A stretch of 51,181 nt of DNA from Rickettsiaceae bacterium (GCA_021323415.1 JAJONM010000002.1:1-51181), one strand, 5' to 3'; shown: positions 16,547-25,628, numbered from the stretch's first letter. Made by a program: numbers and translations. The notes: generated by a model not told the origin, from the letters alone.

Positions 16547-17539
16547 TTAATTACAAACCTGGTTTGATAATTCCTTATCACCTTTACTCACAACCAGATA
16601 GTTATCGCAGGTTTGGCCACATAAATTAGTGACCTCAAGTTCGTAAGTGTAATTTCCATTTTTGAACGTCATGACGTAATTTCCACCAGTGCCTTGGTAA
16701 TCAATTTTGCCTGAAGTAAGTTCAATCTCTGGCTTGCTGGAAAGGGTAGCACCTTTTTTCCAGGCGAAATAACGTAAATCCTCTCCGTGGTATTGAGTGC
16801 GAATATATAATTTGTCTGTTGAGCATTGAAATACTATCTTGTCATATCCCTTGGCGCTCGGATAAAGTTTTTCACTTTCCAGTTTTTTTGCATTAGCTAA
16901 TTTTTGATTATATTTATCAGTGGTAAAATTAAATCTCTTAATTCCACCATCTGCAAACCATACTGAGCCTCCATTTAATTGAACGCCACGCCAGCCGATT
17001 GTATCGGGCGTACTAGTTGTTATTGCGTCTATAATTTCAGCGTTAAAATAATCATCCCAGTTTTCAAGGAATTCCTGGCTGTTTTTAATAGGGGGTAGCG
17101 GCTCCTCCCGATCGAGCGGATAAGTGATTAAATTTGCAACTGTTTGCCTGTCATTGGTTCTAAGCGCTTCCTGTAGTTCTTCTGCTGCTGTGTAATCACC
17201 AGAGTAATTTTCGTAATCAGTATAACCGTCAGTTTTTAACCCGAGAAAACGAAGGATGTAAGAATTATCCTTATATTTTAGTTGTAGCGCATTTTTTTCG
17301 TTTTCTAAATCTTTGCATCTAAGTTCGCTAATTTGTTTATCCAAAAATTCTTTTCTTTCTTCGTCATATCCATACTCGCCACTAAAGTGGCCACAAGAGT
17401 TTATGCGTTCTTTAATATCAATCACATCTTGAGGACAATTTTTCCCGGAAACTGCCATTGTCTTGTAATCTTCCTGGCATTCTGCATGGGCTTGGCTAGC
17501 AAGAATGCTAAAAAGAAATGCAATAAGGAGTTTTTTCAT
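16547..17539 (-). CDS. exported hypothetical protein with several cysteine pairs
   Basis: Sec signal peptide MKKLLIAFLFSILASQAHA; N-terminal CGHFSGEYGYDEERKEFL block and a second GWRGVQLNGGSVWF domain; lies between two tRNA genes. Confidence 0.85.
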   Translation of the reverse strand: MKKLLIAFLFSILASQAHAECQEDYKTMAVSGKNCPQDVIDIKERINSCGHFSGEYGYDEERKEFLDKQISELRCKDLENEKNALQLKYKDNSYILRFLGLKTDGYTDYENYSGDYTAAEELQEALRTNDRQTVANLITYPLDREEPLPPIKNSQEFLENWDDYFNAEIIDAITTSTPDTIGWRGVQLNGGSVWFADGGIKRFNFTTDKYNQKLANAKKLESEKLYPSAKGYDKIVFQCSTDKLYIRTQYHGEDLRYFAWKKGATLSSKPEIELTSGKIDYQGTGGNYVMTFKNGNYTYELEVTNLCGQTCDNYLVVSKGDKELSNQVCN

Positions 17540-17640
17540 ATAAATGCAATTTTATTGTTTTTTAAGAATATAATAGCTTAAATGTATAATATATGCGATA
17601 TGAATTTTGGATGAACACTTTAAGAAAGTATATGTGATAC

Positions 17641-17706
17641 ACAGCCTTCATTAGGTATAAGGCTGCGGTTGCTTTCTATTTCTTTGCTACGCTCCGAGGC
17701 GTAGGT
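17641..17706 (-). other. degenerate structured element 3' of the tRNA-Leu CCA end
   Basis: Shares the GCGTAGGY-TGGTG junction and ACAGCCT with the tRNA-Ala element; hairpins CTACGC..GCGTAG and CAGCCTT..AAGGCTG. Confidence 0.45.
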
Positions 17707-17793
17707 TGGTGCCCGCGGCCGGACTTGAACCGGCACGTCCATACGAACAACAGATTTTAAGTCTGTCGCGTCTACCGATTCCGCCACGCAGGC
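17707..17793 (-). tRNA. tRNA-Leu(TAA)
   Basis: 87-nt tRNA with long variable arm, anticodon loop CT-TAA-AA, GGTTCAAGTCC T-arm, encoded CCA. Confidence 0.97.
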
Positions 17794-18015
17794 ACGTGCA
17801 AATGAGCTTATAAGCTCTAGGGTAGGGGCGCAATCTAACGCCTCGATTGAAGATAGGCAAGAGAAAATTTGAAAAAATTATATCCTGTCCGCATCAATTC
17901 GTAAAAGTTTATTGGTTTGGTGCCGGTATCCAATAATGTAATAACTAGATTGCTTCTAAGTAGTCACTTGTTTTACTTCCCGTAAGTTTTGAATGTGTTA
18001 CTAAGTAAATATTCA

Positions 18016-18031
18016 AGCATTATTTATGCCA
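18016..18031 (-). promoter_or_regulatory. sigma54 (-24/-12) site in reverse orientation upstream of rpoN
   Basis: Minus strand TGGCATAAATAATGCT = GG-N10-GC with TGGCA and TGC cores. Confidence 0.7.
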
Positions 18032-18117
18032 AGTTTATAATTTTTCCATAGAAAACAAAAATTTTTTAAGTTACTATTGGTTGATAAACTATAAACTTTT
18101 TAAATAAATGGTAGCTA

Positions 18118-19584
18118 GTGGCGGAATTAGGCTTACATATAAAGCAATCGCAAACAATGGTGATGACGCCGCAACTGCAGCAGTCAATAAAGATGCTGCA
18201 GCTGACATCATTAGATTTAATTCCTTATATTGCGCAGCAAATTGAGGAAAATCCTTTTTTAGATAATACAGATAGCACGCGTGATGAAGGTGATTACACG
18301 TTAAGTGAAGAAAATACTGAACCAGAGGAAATAAAAAGAACTGAAACTATCCAGGAGTTGCAGACAGACCCTATCCCGGTATGGCAGGATGACGAAGTTT
18401 CTGCGGCGGTTTATGATACAGAATCTCCGATTTATTCGGGGGTGGGGAAGGGGGCTGGTAGTAATTTTAGCGAAAGTGATTATGGCATAGAAAATATTTC
18501 TGCTTCGGCTGAAACTTTAAACGACCATATTATTGACCAAATAAATATATATATAACTGATCCGGCAGAGCGTTTAATTGCGTTGCACTTAGCTGATATG
18601 CTAGATGATAGTGGCTATATTATCAGTGATCTAGTTCCACTTTCTGAAGTGCTAAAATGTGACTATCAAAAAATCGAATCGGTATTAAAAGTGTTGCAGG
18701 GATTTGATCCGGCAGGTGTTTTTGCCCGCGATCTTTCTGAGTGCCTTGCGTTACAATTAAAGGAAAAAAACCGCCTAGATCCTGCTATGCAGACACTTCT
18801 TGCTAATCTTGATTTGTTTGCTAAGCGTGATTTTAAGGCTTTATGCAAAATCTGTGCTGTAGATGAAGAAGATCTGCTAGAGATGTGTGAAGAGGTTAAG
18901 GCTCTTAATCCTAAGCCAGGTAATATATTCTCTTTAGAGAATGTACAGATTTTATACCCTGATGTATTTCTTAAAAAAGGCGAAAAGGGTAAATGGCACC
19001 TTGAGTTAAATACTGAGGCTTTGCCTAAGGTTTTAGTTAACCGTCGTTATTATTCTGAAGTTGAGTCTCAGGTAAAGGATAAGGAAAGTAAGAGGTTTTT
19101 ATCTGAGCAATATAGCAATGCCAATTGGCTGGTTAAGGCACTTGATCAGCGCGCCAATACCATCCTGAAAGTTGCAACTGAGATTGTCGCCCAGCAGGAT
19201 AGTTTCTTCCGCTATGGAATACACCATATTAAGCCACTTGTTTTATCTGATATTGCAGAAGGTATTGATATGCATGAAAGTACTGTGAGCCGAGTGATAA
19301 ATGGTAAACATATAGCAACGCATATGGGTGTTTATGAGCTTAAGTATTTCTTCTCATCGGCAGTTACCAGTAGCAGCAGTGGTGAAGATGTTTCAAGTAA
19401 ACGCATAAAGTTTATGATTAAAAGCCTGATAGATAATGAAGATACTAAAAAAATATTATCTGACGACAAGATAGCAGAAATGCTAAAAGAAAGCGGCGTT
19501 GAGGTAGCTCGCCGCACAGTTATGAAATATCGTGAGGCGATGAATATCCCTTCTTCTGTGCAACGTAGGCGCGAGAAAGCTTGA
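18118..19584 (+). CDS. rpoN: RNA polymerase sigma-54 factor
   Basis: MTPQLQQSIKMLQL region I, HESTVSR HTH, ARRTVMKYRE RpoN box. Confidence 0.97.
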   Translation: MAELGLHIKQSQTMVMTPQLQQSIKMLQLTSLDLIPYIAQQIEENPFLDNTDSTRDEGDYTLSEENTEPEEIKRTETIQELQTDPIPVWQDDEVSAAVYDTESPIYSGVGKGAGSNFSESDYGIENISASAETLNDHIIDQINIYITDPAERLIALHLADMLDDSGYIISDLVPLSEVLKCDYQKIESVLKVLQGFDPAGVFARDLSECLALQLKEKNRLDPAMQTLLANLDLFAKRDFKALCKICAVDEEDLLEMCEEVKALNPKPGNIFSLENVQILYPDVFLKKGEKGKWHLELNTEALPKVLVNRRYYSEVESQVKDKESKRFLSEQYSNANWLVKALDQRANTILKVATEIVAQQDSFFRYGIHHIKPLVLSDIAEGIDMHESTVSRVINGKHIATHMGVYELKYFFSSAVTSSSSGEDVSSKRIKFMIKSLIDNEDTKKILSDDKIAEMLKESGVEVARRTVMKYREAMNIPSSVQRRREKA

Positions 19585-19644
19585 TTATAATTTACCGTCA
19601 TAATAAGTTAATTTAGTTTAGACATATAACTAAAGGAACTTATT

Positions 19645-21093
19645 ATGAAAAATCACCAGACGCGCTCGGTTTTAGATACCGCTCAATCTACAACTACTGT
19701 AACAATCCCTAATACGGCAGGACGTAGTGTTGTAGAGTGCTTGCCTCCTAACCCTACTGCAGCTGGAAGCTCTTTACTCGTATTGCTATGCGGTGGCACT
19801 AGTGATGGTAGTAGTTTTATACCATTATGTCCTGCATTTGCTAATGGAGGAATAATTTCAGTATTTCCTAACCCACATACTAATTCGAGCAAAACATGGA
19901 ATGCGGGTGATTGTTGTGAGCCAGCCAGTGCGCAAAATATTGATGATGTTGGTTTTGTTTCAAAAATAATTGATTATTATTTAGCAACATATCCAAACAT
20001 TAACCCTAATAAGATTTTTGTCAGTGGTTTATCAAATGGGGGTATGCTGGCATTTCGCGTGGCGCGTAATGATTCTCGTATAGCGGGAGTGCTGACGTCT
20101 TCTACAACTGATTCTTCAATGTCTGAAACTAATCCTGGTCGTAAAATCCACTTCCTTATGTATCATGGTGTGAATGATACTAATATTCCAACAAATGGCG
20201 GTACTGGTGGATTGCTTACGTATGTAAAGCCATCGCAGCAGGCTGTGCTGACCAAATGGTCTGCTAGTAACGAATGCACTAGTAACACAACTACTTCTTT
20301 CCCGAGATATAGTGAAACTTTGTTTAACTGCCCTAATTCTACTGATATGAAATATGAATTAGTAAATGGTGTAGGGCATCAGTGGCAAATGATGCCAGCG
20401 TTTAATACTACTAGTGAATTGGTAAATTTTGTTCAGAATCATCAGCGTGTAGGTACGCTCGCAACACCTGGCGTAGCGCCATCTCCTGTGCCAGCACCTG
20501 TTAAAGTAACGCCTTCTCCATCGAAAAAGACCCCGCCAATTCCTGCAATTAGCTCAGAAGGGGCGGTAATTTCATCAAATCCAATAACAGATTTGGCTGT
20601 TGCAGCTAAAATTGGCATTTCGGCTTTGCCCGGGGTGTATGAATCTGTAAAAACTACGTTGCAGGATCCTGCTGTTGTTTCGGCTGCAACACAATCTTTT
20701 GTAGGTGGTACTGCTTCTGGTGTGGTATTGGAGTTGACTAATAATGTAACTGCGGCTCAGTTTGCAGGGGCTGTGCCTATGGCTATATCTACAGGTTCTT
20801 TTTGGCCATTTTTAGTGCCTGCTGCTACTAAAATTATGGATTATGCCGGATGCTCCCGTGAAACAAAAGAGCTTGTAGCTGATACGATGCAGTATGCCTC
20901 AAATGCAATGCTTACAGCTTTTGAACACAAGGCTCCTGAAATCATGTTGGCTTCATTAGCTGCAACGTATGTCGGAAAACAGGTGGGATCGGGAGTTTTA
21001 AAATCTGGAAAATGGGCTGCGCAAGAGATTGAAAAGAGGGTAGTCGGTGTGGCATCAGTAGATGTTGATTTATCGAAAGGTTTTTCAATGTAG
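19645..21093 (+). CDS. LpqC/PHB-depolymerase-like alpha/beta esterase with Pro-rich linker and hydrophobic C-terminal extension
   Basis: WNAGDCC, DDVGF, GLSNGG nucleophile elbow, HGVND, GHQW; PSPVPAPVKVTPSP linker. Confidence 0.8.
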   Translation: MKNHQTRSVLDTAQSTTTVTIPNTAGRSVVECLPPNPTAAGSSLLVLLCGGTSDGSSFIPLCPAFANGGIISVFPNPHTNSSKTWNAGDCCEPASAQNIDDVGFVSKIIDYYLATYPNINPNKIFVSGLSNGGMLAFRVARNDSRIAGVLTSSTTDSSMSETNPGRKIHFLMYHGVNDTNIPTNGGTGGLLTYVKPSQQAVLTKWSASNECTSNTTTSFPRYSETLFNCPNSTDMKYELVNGVGHQWQMMPAFNTTSELVNFVQNHQRVGTLATPGVAPSPVPAPVKVTPSPSKKTPPIPAISSEGAVISSNPITDLAVAAKIGISALPGVYESVKTTLQDPAVVSAATQSFVGGTASGVVLELTNNVTAAQFAGAVPMAISTGSFWPFLVPAATKIMDYAGCSRETKELVADTMQYASNAMLTAFEHKAPEIMLASLAATYVGKQVGSGVLKSGKWAAQEIEKRVVGVASVDVDLSKGFSM

Positions 21094-21105
21094 CTTTAGT
21101 TAATT

Positions 21106-21136
21106 ATTTGGTTCGTATTTACAGTGCGAGCCAAAT
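21106..21136. terminator. hairpin between convergent genes
   Basis: ATTTGGTTCGTA...TGCGAGCCAAAT stem with G-U pairs. Confidence 0.5.
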
Positions 21137-21150
21137 TTGATTGGATTTGG

Positions 21151-22422
21151 TTAAGCAGCTAATCTTGCCGTAATCTTATCGTAACTTTCCAGCTGCTTAA
21201 GGTCGCCGATTGCTGCCAGGGTAAGCTTAGATTCTGAAACAAGCCTCACTAGTAATTGACTTACATCCTTTAAGGTTACGGCATTAATTTTTTCTAAGAT
21301 TTCTTCATTGGTTATGTATCTATCATAGCACATAAGCCTACGGCCTAATGTATCTGCTCTTGAGCTTGAGCTTTCCTGTCCCATTAAAAGGGAAGCTTTT
21401 GATTGTGATTTTGCTTTCTTTAATTCTTGTTCGGTGATGCTATGGGTTGCGCGTTTTAGTTCATCACAAGTTGCATTGATAAGTTCATTTACTTTATCAG
21501 GGCTTGTAGCAGAATAAATGCTAAACATGCCAGTATCAGCATAACTTGATTGGAAAGAGCTTATGCTATAAGCGAGTCCACGGTTTTCCCTGATTTCCTG
21601 GAAAAGGCGTGATGACATGCCGCCACCTAAGATCAATGATAAAAGTTGAAGGGTGTAAATTTCTTCTTCCAAATATGAAATGCCTTTAAAGCCCATAGTA
21701 AGGTGTACTTGCTCTAGATCACGTTCTTCACGGTGCTCGCCGCCAGTATAACTTGCGGCTTCTTTATGGGAGCGCTTGCCTTTTCTTAGGCCTGAAAGTT
21801 CTTTCTCAGCGAATTTAACTACGTTGGAATGTTTTATATTGCCAGCCACAGCCAGGATCATATTAGACGCAGTATAATGCTCGCCTATATAAGAGTTTAA
21901 GTCATTTTGCGAGAAGTTGCTCACAATCGCTTCTGGGCCAAGGATAGGGCGGCCAAGCGGATGATTAGTAAAGGCTGCTTCCTGATAGTAATCAAAAATT
22001 ATATCATCTGGCGCATCTTTGGTCATAGCAATTTCTTGCAAAACTACATTTCGTTCCAGCTCTAGTTCTTTTTGGTCGAAAATAGAGTTTTGTAAGATAT
22101 CTGATAGAAGTCCGCCAGCTTCATTGAAGTCATCCTTTAAGACTTTAGCGTAATATACTGTATTTTCACGGCTTGTGTGTGCGTTTAAATGTCCGCCGAT
22201 ATTATCAAAGTCTTCAGCGATTTGTTTTGCTGTGCGAGTTTTAGTGCCCTTAAAAGCCATATGCTCAAGGAAGTGAGAAATACCATTTTGTTCTGGTTTT
22301 TCATAACGACTGCCAACTCCAGCCCAAATTTCAACGGTTACAGCTTCAGTTTCCTGCATTTCCTGGCTTATAATACGTAAGCCGTTATCAAGTGTAGTAA
22401 TTTCGGGTTGGTTTTTGCTCAT
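21151..22422 (-). CDS. M16 family zinc peptidase (MPP-like)
   Basis: GISHFLEHMAFKGT inverted zinc motif, LNAHTSRE, GGGMSSRLFQEIRE. Confidence 0.95.
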   Translation of the reverse strand: MSKNQPEITTLDNGLRIISQEMQETEAVTVEIWAGVGSRYEKPEQNGISHFLEHMAFKGTKTRTAKQIAEDFDNIGGHLNAHTSRENTVYYAKVLKDDFNEAGGLLSDILQNSIFDQKELELERNVVLQEIAMTKDAPDDIIFDYYQEAAFTNHPLGRPILGPEAIVSNFSQNDLNSYIGEHYTASNMILAVAGNIKHSNVVKFAEKELSGLRKGKRSHKEAASYTGGEHREERDLEQVHLTMGFKGISYLEEEIYTLQLLSLILGGGMSSRLFQEIRENRGLAYSISSFQSSYADTGMFSIYSATSPDKVNELINATCDELKRATHSITEQELKKAKSQSKASLLMGQESSSSRADTLGRRLMCYDRYITNEEILEKINAVTLKDVSQLLVRLVSESKLTLAAIGDLKQLESYDKITARLAA

Positions 22423-22482
22423 TTATAAAATTCCATGGGAGTTTAAATTAGAGATTGTCTTAGTAATTTACTAAGGAATCGG

Positions 22483-23109
22483 CTATTGGTCAAGGTTATT
22501 GATACTTTCTGCCAATTCCTTTATAGCCGTTTTTACCCCCTTAGGGTGTCCCCATACAAAGGATACGACAGCGATAAAATCCGCACCTGATTTAACTATA
22601 GGAGTAGAGTTTTCTGCGGTAATGCCACCAATTGCTACACATGGGACGACAGAATTGCGTACCCACCATTCTAAAATTTCTGGCTCGGGACGGGCTTTCG
22701 GTGTTTTAGTGGTAGTTGGATAAAATGCTCCGAATGCTACATAATCAGCGCCTTTTTCGGCGAAATCTATAGCCCTTTCGATTGAGCCGTAGCAACTGAC
22801 TCCCACCACTTTATTTCCCAATAATTTCCTGGCTTCATCATAAGTGCCATCTTTTTCTTCGCCGACATGAACCCCATCCGCACCCACTTTTGCGGCGATT
22901 CTGGCATTGTCATTCAATATAAATTGTACATTATGCTTATGACAAATAGGCATTAAGGCTTTGGCAGATTCAATAATCTCATTTTCAGGCAGGTTTTTTT
23001 GCCGTAATTGGAAAACGGACACATGACCATCAGCCAAAGCTTCTTCCAGCTTTGGCTTAAAGATTTCCAATTCGATTTTTTCAGGGCTGATTAGATAGAG
23101 TTGGGTCAT
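22483..23109 (-). CDS. thiE: thiamine-phosphate synthase
   Basis: FQLRQK, ILND, ADGVHVG, GVSCY, AIGGIT motifs. Confidence 0.92.
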   Translation of the reverse strand: MTQLYLISPEKIELEIFKPKLEEALADGHVSVFQLRQKNLPENEIIESAKALMPICHKHNVQFILNDNARIAAKVGADGVHVGEEKDGTYDEARKLLGNKVVGVSCYGSIERAIDFAEKGADYVAFGAFYPTTTKTPKARPEPEILEWWVRNSVVPCVAIGGITAENSTPIVKSGADFIAVVSFVWGHPKGVKTAIKELAESINNLDQ

Positions 23110-24473
23110 TTTGTGAATAATTCTGTTAGTTTATCAGTTGGGTAATAATAAATGTTGTTACCTTGGCGTTTTGAAAAAAGTAGCCCATTTTTTTCTAGTG
23201 ATTTTAGGTCATTAATTGCGGTTGGTTTTGTAACATCATAAATATTCATATACATAGTTGCGTTGGTTCGATCATCTTTGTTGCCATGAAAATGTTGTAG
23301 AAGCTTAATTTGCCGATCATTAAAATTATATTCAGTATGGGCTAATTTACTCATACTTGCATTCTTTTCTTTTTGAGCTGTTAGAAATTGATTAAATTCA
23401 TTTTTTGCTTCTTGAATTTTTCTTAAATTGTAATCGATAAAATATGTAAGATCATAGTCATCCTGTTCACTGTAAATATACGCTTTGCAATATTGTACTT
23501 TAGATTTTTTTATTATGGTAGAAATGGGAAGATATGCAAAGGCCCAATATCCTTGACGTAATATATACCAGTAAAATAATGTTCGTGCTAAACGTCCATT
23601 GCCATCAACATAAGGATGTAAGTACCCAATCCAGAAATGCAACATTATTGCTTTTATTAGTGGGTGTATGTAGCCGACATCTAATTCATTGTTTGCAAAT
23701 TGTATTAGCTTATCTATTTCTTCCTCTACAAAAGCAATTTTTGGAGTGATGTGCGTAATTATATTTTGATTGTTTGGATCGGTTATTACTATATTGTCTT
23801 CATCTTTACGAAAAACTCCAGGTGAGCTTCCTTCATCTAATGTTCCTTCTGTTATCACTGAATGTATTTCTGCTAATAATTTTCTGCTTAAGGGGTGATT
23901 CTTATAATTTGTCTCTATCTCTTTCATTGCCTTATAGTTGTTTACTATCATGCGCTCGGAATAATTTCTTGGTTTGCGTCCTTCTCTAATAAGTTTTTTT
24001 GCGGCCTGTCTGGTTGTATGTGCTCCTTCCATTTGTGAGGATGCTATGGCTTCTTCCAAAATGCCGCGCGAAATGAATTCATGTTTATCTTCTTTTGAGA
24101 TATTACTTATTCCCATTAGATTGCCACCTAATTCTAGATCGATATAATGGAGCATTTCATCGTAATGTCTAAGTTTGTGCCATGCAAAAAATTGATTATC
24201 TTCGGCTTTTATAGGGGATGATATTGTTCCCTGCATTTGTCTAGTGAGCTTCACTAGGCCCCAAATTTGTTTTTGGCTTAGCTTTTTTGGAAACCATTGT
24301 TTATTTTTAAACTCTGACCAATATAGATACTTAGGACTTATAGTTTTTACTGCTGCATCGGCGGCAATGTCCATATCTTCTTGTGATAATAGCTTTCTTA
24401 TATTAAGAAATTCTTTTATTAGATCATCATCGTTATAATGGCCTGGACTTTCTAATTTTAATATCTTTTCCAT
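23106..24473 (-). CDS. Fic-domain protein with C-terminal winged HTH
   Basis: HPYVDGNGRLAR Fic motif, SSQMEG inhibitory-helix motif, C-terminal TKPTAINDLKSL HTH; ATGA overlap with thiE. Confidence 0.93.
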   Translation of the reverse strand: MEKILKLESPGHYNDDDLIKEFLNIRKLLSQEDMDIAADAAVKTISPKYLYWSEFKNKQWFPKKLSQKQIWGLVKLTRQMQGTISSPIKAEDNQFFAWHKLRHYDEMLHYIDLELGGNLMGISNISKEDKHEFISRGILEEAIASSQMEGAHTTRQAAKKLIREGRKPRNYSERMIVNNYKAMKEIETNYKNHPLSRKLLAEIHSVITEGTLDEGSSPGVFRKDEDNIVITDPNNQNIITHITPKIAFVEEEIDKLIQFANNELDVGYIHPLIKAIMLHFWIGYLHPYVDGNGRLARTLFYWYILRQGYWAFAYLPISTIIKKSKVQYCKAYIYSEQDDYDLTYFIDYNLRKIQEAKNEFNQFLTAQKEKNASMSKLAHTEYNFNDRQIKLLQHFHGNKDDRTNATMYMNIYDVTKPTAINDLKSLEKNGLLFSKRQGNNIYYYPTDKLTELFTK

Positions 24474-24476
24474 GGT

Positions 24477-24564
24477 CTAGGTAAAATATTGGCGTTATTT
24501 TACCTAGTTTATACCTGTTTGTGCTTTTGGTCAACAGGTAAAATTATTATTTTATTTTACCTAG
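24477..24564. promoter_or_regulatory. two tandem palindromic operators AGGTAAAAT-N9-ATTTTACCT upstream of the Fic gene
   Basis: 24479-24505 and 24536-24562, identical half-sites and spacing. Confidence 0.75.
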
Positions 24565-24577
24565 TTTTTACTTGTGC

Positions 24578-25498
24578 CTACTTACCCAAATAAATCCCAA
24601 CAATCTGCTCTAGTAATTTTAGAGCTTCTTCACGTGGACGTTGGAAAGTGTTACGACCAATAATTGAGCCATTACCGCCGCCATTGTTGATTTCACGTAT
24701 TTCGCTTAGCAAGCCTTCAGTATCCTTGCTTACACCACCTGAGAATACAACAATTCTACGTCCATTAAAGCATGATTGTTTTATATGAGCAATACGTTCA
24801 GTTAATGTACTAATAGGAATGCCTGCCTTTTCGTAAGATTTTTTAGCTTCGGCCTGTTCTAAATGTGCTGTAGGTGGTTTTACCTTTATAATATGTGCGC
24901 CAAGTAGTGCTGCCATATGAGCAGCATAGGCGGTCACATCCATTGCTGTTTCGCCATCTTTTGAAATTTCTGGTCCACGTGGATATGACCAGATAACTAC
25001 AGCAATACCGTGTGCTTTTGCTTCTTCAGCCATTTCGCGGATTTCTTCCATCATGCAAAATGCTTTGTCTGAACCTGGGTAAATTGTAAACCCAATAGCT
25101 GAGCAACCAAGGCGTAATGCGTCTTTTACTGATCCAGTTAATGCCTGGTCACGAATTCCAGGAGCCAGTGAGTTGCAGCTATTTACCTTTAATATAGTAG
25201 GGATTGCGCCAGCAAATGTGTCGGCACCAGCTTCAATCATGCCAAGCGGGGCAGCGTAAGCGCTAAGACCTGCATCAATTGCAAGCTGAAAATGATAATG
25301 TGGGTCATATGCATCAGGATTTGGGGCAAAACTCCTAGCCGGACCATGTTCAAATCCCTGATCTACAGGTAGAATTACCAGTTTCCCTGTTCCACCCAAT
25401 TTGCCTTGCATAAGGATTCTTGCTAGATTGGCTTTAGTTCCAGGGTTGTCACTCTCATAAAAGCTTAAGATTTTTTTTACTTTATCAGTAAGGTGCAT
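24578..25498 (-). CDS. fbaB: class I fructose-bisphosphate aldolase (DhnA family)
   Basis: ILPVDQGFEHGP, WSYPRG, AHIIKVK Schiff-base Lys, VFSGG, IIGRN. Confidence 0.95.
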   Translation of the reverse strand: MHLTDKVKKILSFYESDNPGTKANLARILMQGKLGGTGKLVILPVDQGFEHGPARSFAPNPDAYDPHYHFQLAIDAGLSAYAAPLGMIEAGADTFAGAIPTILKVNSCNSLAPGIRDQALTGSVKDALRLGCSAIGFTIYPGSDKAFCMMEEIREMAEEAKAHGIAVVIWSYPRGPEISKDGETAMDVTAYAAHMAALLGAHIIKVKPPTAHLEQAEAKKSYEKAGIPISTLTERIAHIKQSCFNGRRIVVFSGGVSKDTEGLLSEIREINNGGGNGSIIGRNTFQRPREEALKLLEQIVGIYLGK

Positions 25499-25521
25499 AA
25501 TTATCCTCTAGTTGCGGCATT

Positions 25522-25628
25522 TATAGTGTTTCCATTTTATTCCCGTACGTTGTCAAACGTCGGCTCATGTAGGGCCTTCTACACGTTGCCTTGTTTTCCT
25601 AGTACTGAAATAAACTAGAAGCACTATA
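25522..25628. mobile_element. 107-bp Correia-like MITE
   Basis: TATAGTG...CACTATA termini, 27-bp terminal inverted repeats (22/27 matching) ending in GTAC, central TGTAG..CTACA hairpin. Confidence 0.7.

Noticed and set aside
16233-17793. Integrative element at the tRNAs with att duplication
   Set aside because: No duplicated tRNA 3' end and no integrase seen
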